Positions 40,534 to 50,808 of a stretch of DNA of 64,000 bases are shown here, piece by piece; positions within the stretch are counted from its first letter, which is position 1; each line of letters begins with the position of its first letter. The DNA is from Polyangiaceae bacterium (lineage in GTDB: Bacteria; Myxococcota_A; Polyangia; Polyangiales; Polyangiaceae), in the NCBI GenBank assembly GCA_965222375.1, contig CBDCTZ010000016.1, forward strand, positions 2,816,001-2,880,000, read 5' to 3'. The position numbers and the translations under genes were made by a program. The notes beneath the pieces are model-generated. The model ran no database searches. It had not been told where the DNA came from and saw nothing but the letters and a program-made list of their open reading frames with translations.

Positions 40534-41502
40534 GTGAGTCCTCCGCACTCGGCCCAGATCTCTGAAGCGGTGCGCGTGCTCGTGGCGGGCGGCGTCGTCG
40601 CTTTCCCCACCGAGACCGTCTACGGCTTAGGCGCGGATGCCACTCGGGATGACGCGGTCGCCAAGATCTTCGACCTCAAGGGTCGGCCCCGCAATCACCC
40701 CTTGATCATCCATCTCGCCGCTCCTGACTGGCTGGCCCGGTGGACCACCGCGGCGCCTCGGATGGCTCACCAGCTGGCCGAGGCATTCTGGCCCGGTCCC
40801 CTGACCTTGGTGCTCGCCCCCGCGCCGGCCATTTCGGAGCTGGTAACCGCGGAACAAGGCTCCGTCGCCGTGCGGGTGCCACAGCACCCCCTAGCCCGGC
40901 AGCTCATTGGCAGGCTAGGCCGCCCAGTCGCGGCACCGTCCGCGAACCGTTTCGGCAAACTAAGCCCCACCACGGCAGAACATGTCCGCCAAGAGTTTGG
41001 TCAAGTCGTGCCCATCGTCGACGGCGGAGCCTGCGGGGTCGGTGTCGAGAGCACGATCGTGGACGTCACCGCAGATCCGCCGCGCATCTTACGACCCGGG
41101 GGTGTCACTACGGAGGCCCTACAGGACTGCACGGGTGTGGCTTTCTCATACCGGGAGGATTCACGGCTTCGTGTTCCAGGAGCCTTGGCGTCCCACTATG
41201 CGCCCAAGGCGGTTGTGCAGTTGGTTCCCTCGGATCAGTTGGTCGAGGTGGCGAGCGCATTGGCCGCGGGGGGCACCCGCGTCGGCGTGCTCCTATTCGG
41301 CGCCCACGCCCAGCTGGAAGGGAACATCGAGCGGGTGACGCTGCCCGCTGAAGCCGAGCAAGCCGCTCGTGGTTTGTACTCGGCACTGCGGCAGCTCGAC
41401 GAGCGCGGCTGCGAACGCATCTTGGCGAGCCTGCCGCCGGAAACGGGAGTCGGTCGAGCCATTGCAGACCGCTTGCGAAAAGCAGCGGGGCCACGATCTT
41501 GA
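40534..41502 (+). CDS. tsaC: L-threonylcarbamoyladenylate synthase (Sua5 type)
   Basis: VAFPTETVYGLGA, KGRP..HPLI, FWPGPLT, APSAN, GVEST; SUA5 domain (HYAP, DRLRKAA). Confidence 0.94.
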   Translation: MSPPHSAQISEAVRVLVAGGVVAFPTETVYGLGADATRDDAVAKIFDLKGRPRNHPLIIHLAAPDWLARWTTAAPRMAHQLAEAFWPGPLTLVLAPAPAISELVTAEQGSVAVRVPQHPLARQLIGRLGRPVAAPSANRFGKLSPTTAEHVRQEFGQVVPIVDGGACGVGVESTIVDVTADPPRILRPGGVTTEALQDCTGVAFSYREDSRLRVPGALASHYAPKAVVQLVPSDQLVEVASALAAGGTRVGVLLFGAHAQLEGNIERVTLPAEAEQAARGLYSALRQLDERGCERILASLPPETGVGRAIADRLRKAAGPRS

Positions 41503-41542
41503 ATCTGCCCCACCGCGGGCTGCCCTAGCGTAGACTTGGCGC

Positions 41543-42118
41543 GTGCTACTCTCGCGCAGAGGGGCCCTATCGGTGGGGGGCGTCGCGGGCTTGCTCCTTC
41601 TCGGAGTGGGGGCCGCGCGCTTGCGATCTCTGGGGCCGGTGCAGCCTCATGGGGACTTCTTGGTCATCGGTCGTACCGAGCAGCGAGTGCTGGAAGCGCT
41701 GACGAGCGCGTTGTTTCCCAAGGATGGCGCGCTGCCGGGTGGGCTCGACTTGGGCGTCGTGCGCGACGTGGACGAGCAACTCTGGGCGGCGCAGCCGTCT
41801 CTACGGGCGGAGGTCCTGTCGGCCATCCTGCTCGTCGAGTATGTACCTCCGGTCTTCGGCCGCTGGGGGAAGTTCACCGCCCTGTCGAACGCGGATCGCG
41901 CTGCAGTGTTCGAGGCCATGCTCCGATCCAAACGCGATCTGCTTGCGCAGGTTGCGGTTGGGCTGAGGCAGATCCTGAGCATCATCTACTACGCCAAGCC
42001 GGCAACCTGGACCGTGATTGGCTACGACGGACCCTGGATCAAGAAAGCCAAGCCGCCGCCGAGCGCCATCCGCTACGTGCACCTGGTCAAGACTCGCAGA
42101 GAGGAGCAGGCCCCGTGA
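41543..42118 (+). CDS. Gluconate 2-dehydrogenase subunit 3-like partner protein
   Basis: Tat-like SRRGAL, FTALS..DR, YY....W..IGYDGP; overlaps the GMC gene start. Confidence 0.75.
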   Translation: MLLSRRGALSVGGVAGLLLLGVGAARLRSLGPVQPHGDFLVIGRTEQRVLEALTSALFPKDGALPGGLDLGVVRDVDEQLWAAQPSLRAEVLSAILLVEYVPPVFGRWGKFTALSNADRAAVFEAMLRSKRDLLAQVAVGLRQILSIIYYAKPATWTVIGYDGPWIKKAKPPPSAIRYVHLVKTRREEQAP

Positions 42119-43695
42119 GCGGCCAGATCTTTCAATGGCCAACTCTGGTCGGCAAGGACACTAGCGAGCAGTGCGACGTCGCGATCATTGGTTCAGGTTG
42201 TGGTGGCGCTGCCCTCGCGATGCGGCTGGCGGAGGCCGGCAAGAGCGTCGTGATCATCGAACGGGGCGGTTACTACACCAAGGAAGACTTTGACCAGCGC
42301 GAGCTGAACATGCTTGCTCGAATCGCCGGTGGTCGCGGCCTGGATACGAGTGCTGACGGCTCGATTTCGCTCACCTACGGCAACAACGTGGGTGGAGCCA
42401 GTGTGCACTATTGGGCCGATAGCTACCGCCTGCCCGAGGACCGCGCAGCCCAGTGGCGCGAGGTGTTCGGAATGGAGGGCCACGACTCGAAACTCCTCGC
42501 CGAGCACTACGCAGTGATCGAAAAGGACCTGCACATCCATCCCGCAGGCGACGCCTATGTGAATCGTATGAACGCGATCGTGCGGGACGCGGCGCAGCAG
42601 CTCGACTGGGCCGTTCATCGCGTTCCTCAGGCGCGCCGGGGCTGCCTGGCCAGTGGCTTTTGCATGCAGGGATGCGCCTACGACGCGAAACAGAGTCAGT
42701 TGGTTACCTATGTCCCGCGTGCGCTCGCCGCTGGCGCACGGCACTACGCGGATACGCGCGCGGTTGATCTGCGCTTTTCGGGACGGCGAGTGGCCTCATT
42801 GCAGTGTGCCGTATTGGACCGGGCGACCGGGCGGCCGACGTCGGCGCGAGTCGAAGTGGATGCTAAGGCCGTAGTGATCGCTGCGGGTGGTTTCAATACG
42901 CCAGAGTTGCTCCTGCAATTCGAGTTGCCGCAGGCCTTGTCAGCCTTGGGGAGCAACTTCTTCTGTAACCCATGCCCGATGCTGCATGCACGCTTCGACG
43001 AGGACATCATCCAATGGCGGAACATCCCTGCAGCCTGGGGCGTGGAGGAGTTTCGCCGCGCTCGCTATGAAGGGCCAGAGCAGGTGTTTGGTCATCCGCC
43101 GGCGGGCAAGTATCGAGAGGGCGGCTACTTGCTGATGGCGAACCAGCTCCAACCAGGATTGCTTGCGGCGGTGCTTCCCGGGGTGGGCGATAGGCAACGC
43201 GAGCTGATGCGCGGCCTGCCGAGGCTCGGTGGCACTATCGCGTGGATTGACGACATAGAACCCGGGCGGATTTCCGTCGTGGATGGTCAGCGTCGCATTG
43301 ATGCGCCGTTGACGGGTGGCAACGCTCAGCGCATTCGGGACAGTTGGAAAAAGCAAGCTCGACTCTTGCTGAGGGCTGGCGCGCGCGAGCTGATGTTCGG
43401 AGACGTGGAAGACACGCGGATCCAAAAGGAGCAGGACATCGACGCGGCGGTGGCGCACCTGGCGCTGCGGCCGGCGCGGAACGTCTTTGCGGCTCCGCAC
43501 CCCGGCGGGGGAGCACGAATGGGACGCAGCGAATTGAATAGCGTGGTCGGTTTTGACCACCGGGTGCACGGGACGGACAACCTCTTTGTCAGTGATCCTA
43601 GCGTGTTTCCTTCACCACCTAGCGTCGACCCAAGCCTGACCATCATGGCATTCAGCTTCGTCGCGGCGGATGCGATTGGCAGCGCCTTGGGCTAG
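42115..43695 (+). CDS. GMC-family oxidoreductase
   Basis: IIGSGCGG FAD motif, VGGAS, C...GFCMQGC...AKQS, HPGGGARMG, NLFVSDPSVFP. Confidence 0.9.
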   Translation: MSGQIFQWPTLVGKDTSEQCDVAIIGSGCGGAALAMRLAEAGKSVVIIERGGYYTKEDFDQRELNMLARIAGGRGLDTSADGSISLTYGNNVGGASVHYWADSYRLPEDRAAQWREVFGMEGHDSKLLAEHYAVIEKDLHIHPAGDAYVNRMNAIVRDAAQQLDWAVHRVPQARRGCLASGFCMQGCAYDAKQSQLVTYVPRALAAGARHYADTRAVDLRFSGRRVASLQCAVLDRATGRPTSARVEVDAKAVVIAAGGFNTPELLLQFELPQALSALGSNFFCNPCPMLHARFDEDIIQWRNIPAAWGVEEFRRARYEGPEQVFGHPPAGKYREGGYLLMANQLQPGLLAAVLPGVGDRQRELMRGLPRLGGTIAWIDDIEPGRISVVDGQRRIDAPLTGGNAQRIRDSWKKQARLLLRAGARELMFGDVEDTRIQKEQDIDAAVAHLALRPARNVFAAPHPGGGARMGRSELNSVVGFDHRVHGTDNLFVSDPSVFPSPPSVDPSLTIMAFSFVAADAIGSALG

Positions 43696-43899
43696 CCCGC
43701 GAAGCTGCGTCCATCTTGGCCCGCCAAGCCATCGATATGTGGCACGGGCCAGCTTCACCACCACGCTTCTGCCCAGGCGCGAACGTCAGGCGTGGCCTGG
43801 TCTGTGAACCGGGGGGTACGCCCGCGTTAGAGAATCATCAGCTGATGGGTTTTTTAGGGCAATTTCGAGCTGGCCCGATTCATGCTCTGCACAGCCGCC

Positions 43900-44931
43900 A
43901 TGGCAAAGCTGGGAGCGAATTGGGCGATCGTGGTGGGGCTGACAAGTGCCCTCGCCGCGTGCGGTGGGTCGAGTGATGGCGGGCTGAACGGGTCGGGTGG
44001 GACCGCTGGCGGCGCGGGCGCCGGCGGAAGCGGGGCGGCGGCTGGAGCTTCGGGCTCGGGTGGAGTTGCTGGCTCCGCTGGCGCGGCGGGCAATGCCGGT
44101 AGCGGCGGCAACCTTGGCGGCGCTGCCGGAAGCAGCGGCAGCGCAGGTGCCGGGGGCAGCGCCGGTGCCGGCACGGGTGGCGGCTCGGGCTACACCTTGG
44201 ACAATTTCTGCCAGCTCGCGATTCCGAAAGTGTGTGCCAGTCAGAAAGACTGCTGCAACACCAGTGGTTATGGCTATGACGAAAAGAAGTGCATCGCGTC
44301 AGCCACGGCGGATTGCCAAAAGGACATCGATGCGGTGAAGAAGGGCGAGCTGACCTTCGACCCGAAGAACACGGACGCGTGCCTCGCGGCTTACTCCAAG
44401 TACTTGAAGCAGTGCGTGATCACTTTCGAGAACTTCCCGCAGCTCCTGCGGGACCTCGACGTGTGCGAGCCCCTCTTCGAAGGCAAGGTGCAGACCGGGG
44501 GCAAATGCGACCGCGATTCTCAGTGCGCGTCCAGTAGCTCACCGAATACCTTCGTGAGCTGCGGAGACACGTCGATGGTCTGCGAAGCCTACACCTTGCT
44601 CGGTGAGAGTGCCCCGTGCACCCTCGAGGAAGACGCATCGAGCGGCTGCGACGCCGGCCTGTATTGCGACGTGAGCCTGATTACCGGGCCGCCCTACAAA
44701 GGGATCTGCAAGAAGGCGACCGCCAAGGGCAAGGCCTGCAACAAGTTCAAACCCTTCAACTTGGAATGCGGTCCAGGCTTTTACTGCAACAACTCGACAG
44801 GGGTGTGTACGACCGGCAAGGTCGGCGGCGCTGCCTGCGGCGGTGACGTCGAGTGCCGGAGCTTCTCCTGCGAGAACTTCAAGTGCGAACCCCTCTCACC
44901 CATCGTCGACCAGGACAGCTGCACCGGGTAA
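43900..44931 (+). CDS. Cys-rich lipoprotein with Gly/Ala linker
   Basis: LAAC lipobox, Gly-rich tether, CxxGxYC repeats. Confidence 0.82.
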   Translation: MAKLGANWAIVVGLTSALAACGGSSDGGLNGSGGTAGGAGAGGSGAAAGASGSGGVAGSAGAAGNAGSGGNLGGAAGSSGSAGAGGSAGAGTGGGSGYTLDNFCQLAIPKVCASQKDCCNTSGYGYDEKKCIASATADCQKDIDAVKKGELTFDPKNTDACLAAYSKYLKQCVITFENFPQLLRDLDVCEPLFEGKVQTGGKCDRDSQCASSSSPNTFVSCGDTSMVCEAYTLLGESAPCTLEEDASSGCDAGLYCDVSLITGPPYKGICKKATAKGKACNKFKPFNLECGPGFYCNNSTGVCTTGKVGGAACGGDVECRSFSCENFKCEPLSPIVDQDSCTG

Positions 44932-45020
44932 ATGACGGACACTGAGCTGCAAGACCATGAAGCGCGTCATGGTCTTGCGGGGGCTCGTCTGAGGCCGCGT
45001 CCGGCGGTGGCAGCAGCGAG

Positions 45021-46589
45021 TCAGGAAACCAAGTGCAGAGCCCGCGGAGCTTCTTGCGGTAAGGCTTCGTGTACCGGGGTGACCTCTTCGAGGGGCACGA
45101 GCTCGGCATAGCGTCCCATCCACTGCGCGTACATCTGCACGTAGTACTGCGGCAGGCTGCTCTGCTCGCCAGTGTGGAAACGCAGCAAGTCGGGTTGCTC
45201 GAGCTGCCTCCGCCAACTGCGTAGCATGCGTCGCTGTAGCGTTCCGAAGGCGAATTTGGTGATGAACCCGAGTCGCTCTCGAGGGCTTCGCGCCGCTTGC
45301 ACTCGGCGCTCGAGCAGATGCGGCTGCAAGTAGCGACTCTGGGTGGCGATGATGCCATCAATCAACTCGAGGGGATCGACGCTTTCGAGAACGAAGGGCA
45401 CCCAAGGGAAGATGTAGAAGCACAGCGGCAGCTGCTGCAGGAGGCGGCCCGCGCCGAGCATGTCGAAGTAGAGCGGCGTCATGCCGTAGGCGACGGGCGT
45501 GTTCAGATACAAAGCGACGGTGGGGACGCGCTCCGCGAACTGACCAACCAGCTCGAAGGATTGCTCGGCATCGTCGCCGTCCAGCCCGAAGATGAAGGAT
45601 GCGTGCGTACCTTCGATGAACCGCGAGACCTCACCGACCTCTTGGATGATGTGTTCCAGTTTTTCGGGCGGGGTCATGGCGCCGGCGCGGGACTTGTTGG
45701 AATAGTCCGACAAGCTCTCGATGCCGAAACAAGCGTGGACGCAGCGGGTGTCGCGAATTCGCTGCAGTCGGTCTCCGCGCATGTTGGTCAAGGAGGTCGC
45801 GACGCCGAAGGGGTTACGTTTTTCTATGGGAACGCGTTCCAGAATGCTCAGGGTCTCGTCGAAACGCACCGCAAAGTTCGGGTCGTGAAAGAGCATGTGC
45901 GCGCCGGGAAACTGTCGGGTGGTTTCTTCGATATCTTGCGCGAACGCATCTTTCGGAGCCGCCAGGTAGGGCCGGTTGTAGTCGATGCAAAAGTTGCATG
46001 TGTACGGACAACCGACGCTGCCCAGTAGCGGCACGGTTCGACGCTGCGGTGCAAACCGTGGTGGAGCCGTTGACGCTTCGATCTCGGGCATTCGCTGTCG
46101 AACACTCGGCGGATAGCGAAAAGGAGCTGATGACAGCACCTGCCCACGCGGCGGATCACTGGCGACGAGCTGCAGGATCAACTCCTCGTTGCAGTCGCCC
46201 ACGACGTGATCGAAAAACCTCAGGGCGTCTGAGGGGAAGCTCTGCGCGTGGGCGCCGCCCAAGACGCTGCGTACGCCCCGCTGCTTGCAGATCCGAGCCA
46301 ACGCGTAGGCCATTGGCGAGATCCAAGTGAACGCGGAAACGAACAGAACATCCAGGTCGTGGGGGACCAGGTCCTCCAAAGATCCGAGGCCCAGGTAGAA
46401 CGTGTAGCGCACGTCGTGCCCCGCCTTGCGACACCACACGCTGGTGGCTTGCGCGGTGATGGATGCCTGGCGTGACGACAGCGCCGACGACAGCCAGGGC
46501 GCGCCGGGGGCATTGGCCAGGTCGACGACGCCGACCTGGCGCCGCCGTCCAGGGCGATCGGTGCACGGAGGCTTGACACGGACGGGCAT
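45021..46589 (-). CDS. B12-binding-domain radical SAM protein
   Basis: GCPYTCNFC motif, VLGGAHA, FHDPNF, FGIES, FIFGLDGD. Confidence 0.88.
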   Translation of the reverse strand: MPVRVKPPCTDRPGRRRQVGVVDLANAPGAPWLSSALSSRQASITAQATSVWCRKAGHDVRYTFYLGLGSLEDLVPHDLDVLFVSAFTWISPMAYALARICKQRGVRSVLGGAHAQSFPSDALRFFDHVVGDCNEELILQLVASDPPRGQVLSSAPFRYPPSVRQRMPEIEASTAPPRFAPQRRTVPLLGSVGCPYTCNFCIDYNRPYLAAPKDAFAQDIEETTRQFPGAHMLFHDPNFAVRFDETLSILERVPIEKRNPFGVATSLTNMRGDRLQRIRDTRCVHACFGIESLSDYSNKSRAGAMTPPEKLEHIIQEVGEVSRFIEGTHASFIFGLDGDDAEQSFELVGQFAERVPTVALYLNTPVAYGMTPLYFDMLGAGRLLQQLPLCFYIFPWVPFVLESVDPLELIDGIIATQSRYLQPHLLERRVQAARSPRERLGFITKFAFGTLQRRMLRSWRRQLEQPDLLRFHTGEQSSLPQYYVQMYAQWMGRYAELVPLEEVTPVHEALPQEAPRALHLVS

Positions 46590-46885
46590 AGCAACCTTAA
46601 GCTTAGCCTCCGAGCGCTTTCCGCCGCCCGAAAATGTTGTAGAGATTCAGCCGTGATGACCTATCGCGCTGGGTGTCGGCTCCAGCTTCGTTCCTTCGTC
46701 ATCGGGCCTGGGGGTTGGAGCGCTGGGTGTGTAGCGCTGCCACGATCAACTCCACCGACGAGCTGTTTAACGCACCGCGGGCGGCAATGGACTCGCTGAG
46801 GCCTGCGTTGGAACGAGCCGCCCAGCTACTCGACGCGCTTCGTCGCGCTTGCTCTCGGAATGTGTCTTGGACGTATTCGCGCGTG

Positions 46886-47320
46886 TCATGCGTCGCGTGA
46901 AGCACCTTCAGCTGTGCCGGGGTCGGCCCAGGTGGTGAGCGTCAGCTCGACCGCCAGGACCGCCCAGGAACTCTCTTGTGGCCACCGGCTGCGGCTCATG
47001 CGCTTCCAGGATTCGCAGTCGCACGCCCAGTCGTCTTCAGAACCAGGGTAGCATACCTTGGCGTCAGCGACTCGCATGCGGCGACCGGCAGCGGGTCGAT
47101 AGCTGATTTCTAAGGACACATCGTCGAGGGCCCGCGTGTCGACGACGACGCCTTCGCCGCAGCTGACGCATGAGCGTGCACTGCTCAGGGGTATCGCAAA
47201 CGCGCTGCCGTTCGGCACCCACACTTGAAGGACACAGTCCTTGCCGTCCCCAACGACTCTGACTTTGCTGACTTCGCCTCGAAATGGGAACTCTCGAAAT
47301 CCGAGTTCCTCTGCCATCAC
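46886..47320 (-). CDS. Hypothetical protein
   Basis: 144-aa ORF beside mobile-element remnants; no recognisable motif. Confidence 0.4.
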   Translation of the reverse strand: MMAEELGFREFPFRGEVSKVRVVGDGKDCVLQVWVPNGSAFAIPLSSARSCVSCGEGVVVDTRALDDVSLEISYRPAAGRRMRVADAKVCYPGSEDDWACDCESWKRMSRSRWPQESSWAVLAVELTLTTWADPGTAEGASRDA

Positions 47321-47379
47321 GAAACGCTAGCGTAGGAAGACGCCGCTGTCGACGACGTGTGAACAAAACTGTTGAAAGC

Positions 47380-47584
47380 CGCAATGCGTTTCGTTTCGCG
47401 ATGCTTCGAGGCACACGTGCGTCTGCAATTTGGGATTTCGCCGCTGCATGTGCATCGCGACGCGCCAGCGCGTCCTTCCACGAATGCGCAGTGCAGCGTG
47501 GGCTGCGATCACAGCGCGAAATTCCACTCATGCTGTGCTCAAAATCTCCCAAAATTCCGGTGAACAAGTCGCTGACGCGACACA
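47380..47584 (+). mobile_element. Orphan right end of an IS481-like element
   Basis: Diverged direct repeat of 50814-51018, ending GTGAACAAGTCGCTGACGCGACACA. Confidence 0.75.
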
Positions 47585-48501
47585 CTGTGGAAGCGTTTTG
47601 CTTCGTCAATCACGCTCACGAAGCTCGCCGCCACGATGCGTCCGACGCCGGGCACGGTCGTTAGTTGAGCAACCATGGGTTCGGCGACGAGCAGTTCGTC
47701 TAGCTGTTGCTCGACAGTGCCCAACTGCACCTCCAAGGACTCCAATGTAGCCAGCAGGGGTTCGATGGTGGCCTGCACCTCGGGGCTGGTGTCGCTGTTG
47801 CGCACGCGAGTGACGAAGTTCTCCGCGTCACATGTCGGCAACTTGCGGCCATACTCGCGTGCCAAGCCGCGCATCGTCGTTATGTACTGCGCTCGAGTTT
47901 CCACCAGCGCGCGACGCACACCCAACTGTCGCCGGAGCGCTTGTCGATGCGGCGACAGCATGTGCGCAAGCGGAATCCCACCGCGCTCCACAGCAAACGC
48001 CATCGTCTCGGCGTCTATCTTGTCGTTCTTCCGTCGGTGCTGCCCGATCCCGAGCTTGCGACTGCGTGTCGTGTCCACCAACAGCACTTCGTTGCCCCAC
48101 TCCGTCAGCTTACCGTGGACAAACCACGCCTCACGACAGGCCTCGATGGCCACGCAGGCCGGCTCTCGCTCTGGTCCAAGCCAGCGCTCGAGCGCCGCAA
48201 TGGAATCAACGGTCACACGTTCCAAGACTTCATCGCCAGATACCTCGCAGTACGCGATCTTCTTGGAGCCCAGATCCAATGCTACACTTCTCATGGTCGA
48301 GTTCCCTTTCGCCCCCAGGTTGACTGCGCCTTTTGAGCGCGTGGGGGTGCCGGCAGGGCTACCCGCCGGCGGGAACTCGGCCAGCTCTTTCTTCGTCAGG
48401 CGCCGGCCTCGCACCGCCGCGGGCTTCGTCGCCGCGGCCTTTTTGCCAGCTCGAGCTCGAGTCTTTGTTTTCTTCGCTGCTCTTTTCCGTTGGGTAGACA
48501 T
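47585..48501 (-). pseudogene. IS110-family recombinase/transposase, 3'-truncated
   Basis: DEDD domain (ALDLG, IEAC, KNDKIDA) from ATG 48294 with a basic extension from 48501; Tnp_20 domain starts (LTTVPGVG...KRF) and is cut at 47585. Confidence 0.88.
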
Positions 48502-48760
48502 GGTCGCTCCAGGACCGCCTCATCCCGTCTTGCTCGCGGCGCCTGCGAGCGCGAGTACAACTTGATAGACTTTCTAAAACGCGCGGCAGTCGCCGCTGCG
48601 CGAGACCCCGGGGAACACCCGACGGGGTGTGGCAGGGCGGGGCGGTTGCCGTCGAGCTGCGTCTATGACTTTCAACCGCGATGCTTTGGGCAGCGCTGGG
48701 GCGCCGGCACGGAGCTTTCGACGTGCGGTCTACGCTGCGTCTTGTCTAGACTGCTGGCGT

Positions 48761-49275
48761 CTAGGGAGCGAAGACGTCGTCCAGAGAGTCGACGGTGATG
48801 ACGCGCTCTGCATAACGCTCCAGCTCCTCGATGGAGCTGCTTTGCACGCGCGAAGTCTGCTCCGCAGAGGGAGCCCCAAACTTCAGTGTGAGTAGCTTGA
48901 GCACGATCTCGGCTTTGCCTTCGGCTTTGCCTTCGGCTCGTGCTTCCTGCGTGAGAATCTGTGCTCCAGTCATGAATGCTTCCTCCAGCCTTGAGCCAAG
49001 TTGCCGAAACAGTTGCCGGGTCTCCTCGGGCTTCGTCTCGCTGGTGTGGAGAATATAGCGCACTAGCGCCGCCAATGCCGCTACCCCGTTGGGCGCCGCG
49101 CTGGCTTCTAGCAAAAGCTCCTGCCAGCCGAGTAGCTCCGGCATCAGATCCACTTGTTTGCGCGCCTGGCTGAAGCTCAGTAGGGTCAGTCGCCCCAGAG
49201 CCGTCATCACCCGGGACTTGAGTTCTTCGGAGCGAGCCGCCGACAGGTCGTCCAGCACGTACTCGAAGCGAGTGC
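48761..49275 (-). pseudogene. Rpn-family (YhgA-like/DUF4351) nuclease gene, C-terminal remnant
   Basis: RFEYVLDDLS, LVRYIL, FMTGAQIL, AEGKAEGKAE, LTLKFG, SLDDVF; N-terminal nuclease domain absent. Confidence 0.8.
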
Positions 49276-49452
49276 TCGATGCGCTCAATTGTACCAAGTG
49301 CTGCTGGTGCAGTCTCTCGGATTCGCGCGGACGCTTGCGAAAACTCGAAGCCTTCTGGCACAACCAATGATCGTGCCGGTGGCCAGTGCCTCGTCGTACC
49401 AAGCTTCCGACAACGACTTCTTGCGCGGTCCGGGTAACGTTACTCTGGCAGG

Positions 49453-50808
49453 ATGTCCAAGCTCCTCAATGTGCCGCTGCCGAAGTGCTGGCCTGAGCAC
49501 ACAAAGCTCGCCATCCTCCATGCCATCACGCAGGCGCACTTCGTGCTTAGCCACGCGCGCAGCTGGTGCATCAACAGTCGCATCTCCCGCGTCCGCCTTG
49601 CCGCCGAGCGCGACATCGCTATCGCCAAGGTCGCTCAGCTCGAAGAGATCGTGCGCATCCTGTCCGTCCGCCTTGCCCTCATCGAGCCCAATCGCAGGCC
49701 GCAGTATCCCCCCGCCGAGCGACTGGCCATCCTGCTGTTGCGTGGCTCCGTGGGTTGGACCATCGCCAAGACGGCTAGAATGTTCCTGGTCACGCCGCAG
49801 ACCATCGCTCGCTGGATGAAGCGTCTCGACGACGACGGGCCAGATGCTCTCTTGGCGCTGCGCCAGCCCGTCAATCGCTTTCCGGACTTCGTCCGCGAGA
49901 CCGTCCGCGCGCTGCGCGCGACCTTTCCTAGCTTGGGCTCCCAACGCATCGCCAACATGCTCGCTCGCGCTGGCGTGCATCTGGCTGCCTCGACCGTAGG
50001 CCGGATCTCGAAAGAAGAACCTCCGTCGGAGCCGAGTCCGGGCGAGCAAGACCGGGCCACCGACAACGAGCGTGTTGGCGAAACCGAGACCGACGCGACC
50101 ACGCCTCGCGTTGTGACTGCTCGCTACCCCCATCACCTTTGGCATGTCGATCTCTCGCTGCTTCCCAGAGTCGCGGGCTGGTGGGTTTCCTGGGTCCCGC
50201 ATTCGCTGAAACAAGCCTGGCCCTTTTGTTTCTGGATCGGCGTCGTGCTCGATCACTTCTCTCGCTCCGTCGTGGCTTGGCGACTGTACTTGTCTCAACC
50301 CTCCGCCAAGCAAGTGTGCTCCTTGCTCGAAAAGGCTCGCCGCAATGCCGGCGTCGCGCCCAAACACATCGTGACCGACCGCGGGCCGCAGTTTGCCAAG
50401 AAGTACAAGGCCTGGTGCAAGCGCCGTGGTGTCAAGCCGCGCTTCGGCGCCATCGGCAAGAGCGGCAGCATCGCCATCATCGAGCGCTTCTTTCGCTCTC
50501 TCAAAGACGAGATGCTCTGGCGCCTTCCGGTCTTGATGCTCTCGCTGCCGAGGATGCGCGCCGAGGTCAGCGCGTACATCGAGTGGTATCACGAGCATCG
50601 ACCGCACATGGCTCTGGGTGGCGCCACCCCTGCGGAGTTTCGTGATGGGCGCACGCCCGCGCGCGACCTGCCTCGCTGGTCGCTTCGCGCGGGCGTTCCG
50701 CTCCCGCGAGGCGACCCCGCCCAGCGCGTTGCGGGCTTGCAGCTCGTGACCGGGCGCGTCCAAGGCCGCAACCACTTGCCCATCGTCTCGCTCCGCGACG
50801 CCGCTTGA
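49453..50808 (+). CDS. IS481-like DDE transposase (rve integrase core)
   Basis: HTH (TARMFLVTPQTIARW), LWHVD, VLDHFSR, IVTDRGPQF, IERFFRSLKDE, RPHMALGGATP. Confidence 0.88.
   Translation: MSKLLNVPLPKCWPEHTKLAILHAITQAHFVLSHARSWCINSRISRVRLAAERDIAIAKVAQLEEIVRILSVRLALIEPNRRPQYPPAERLAILLLRGSVGWTIAKTARMFLVTPQTIARWMKRLDDDGPDALLALRQPVNRFPDFVRETVRALRATFPSLGSQRIANMLARAGVHLAASTVGRISKEEPPSEPSPGEQDRATDNERVGETETDATTPRVVTARYPHHLWHVDLSLLPRVAGWWVSWVPHSLKQAWPFCFWIGVVLDHFSRSVVAWRLYLSQPSAKQVCSLLEKARRNAGVAPKHIVTDRGPQFAKKYKAWCKRRGVKPRFGAIGKSGSIAIIERFFRSLKDEMLWRLPVLMLSLPRMRAEVSAYIEWYHEHRPHMALGGATPAEFRDGRTPARDLPRWSLRAGVPLPRGDPAQRVAGLQLVTGRVQGRNHLPIVSLRDAA

Noticed and set aside
41536..42114. N-terminal extension of the GMC oxidoreductase ORF
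   Set aside because: Overlaps the real subunit-3-like gene in another frame; GTG 42115 has a GAGGAG RBS.
46861..46885. TGTGTC as the left end matching the IS481-like right end at 47584
   Set aside because: Only 6 bp match and there is no target duplication.
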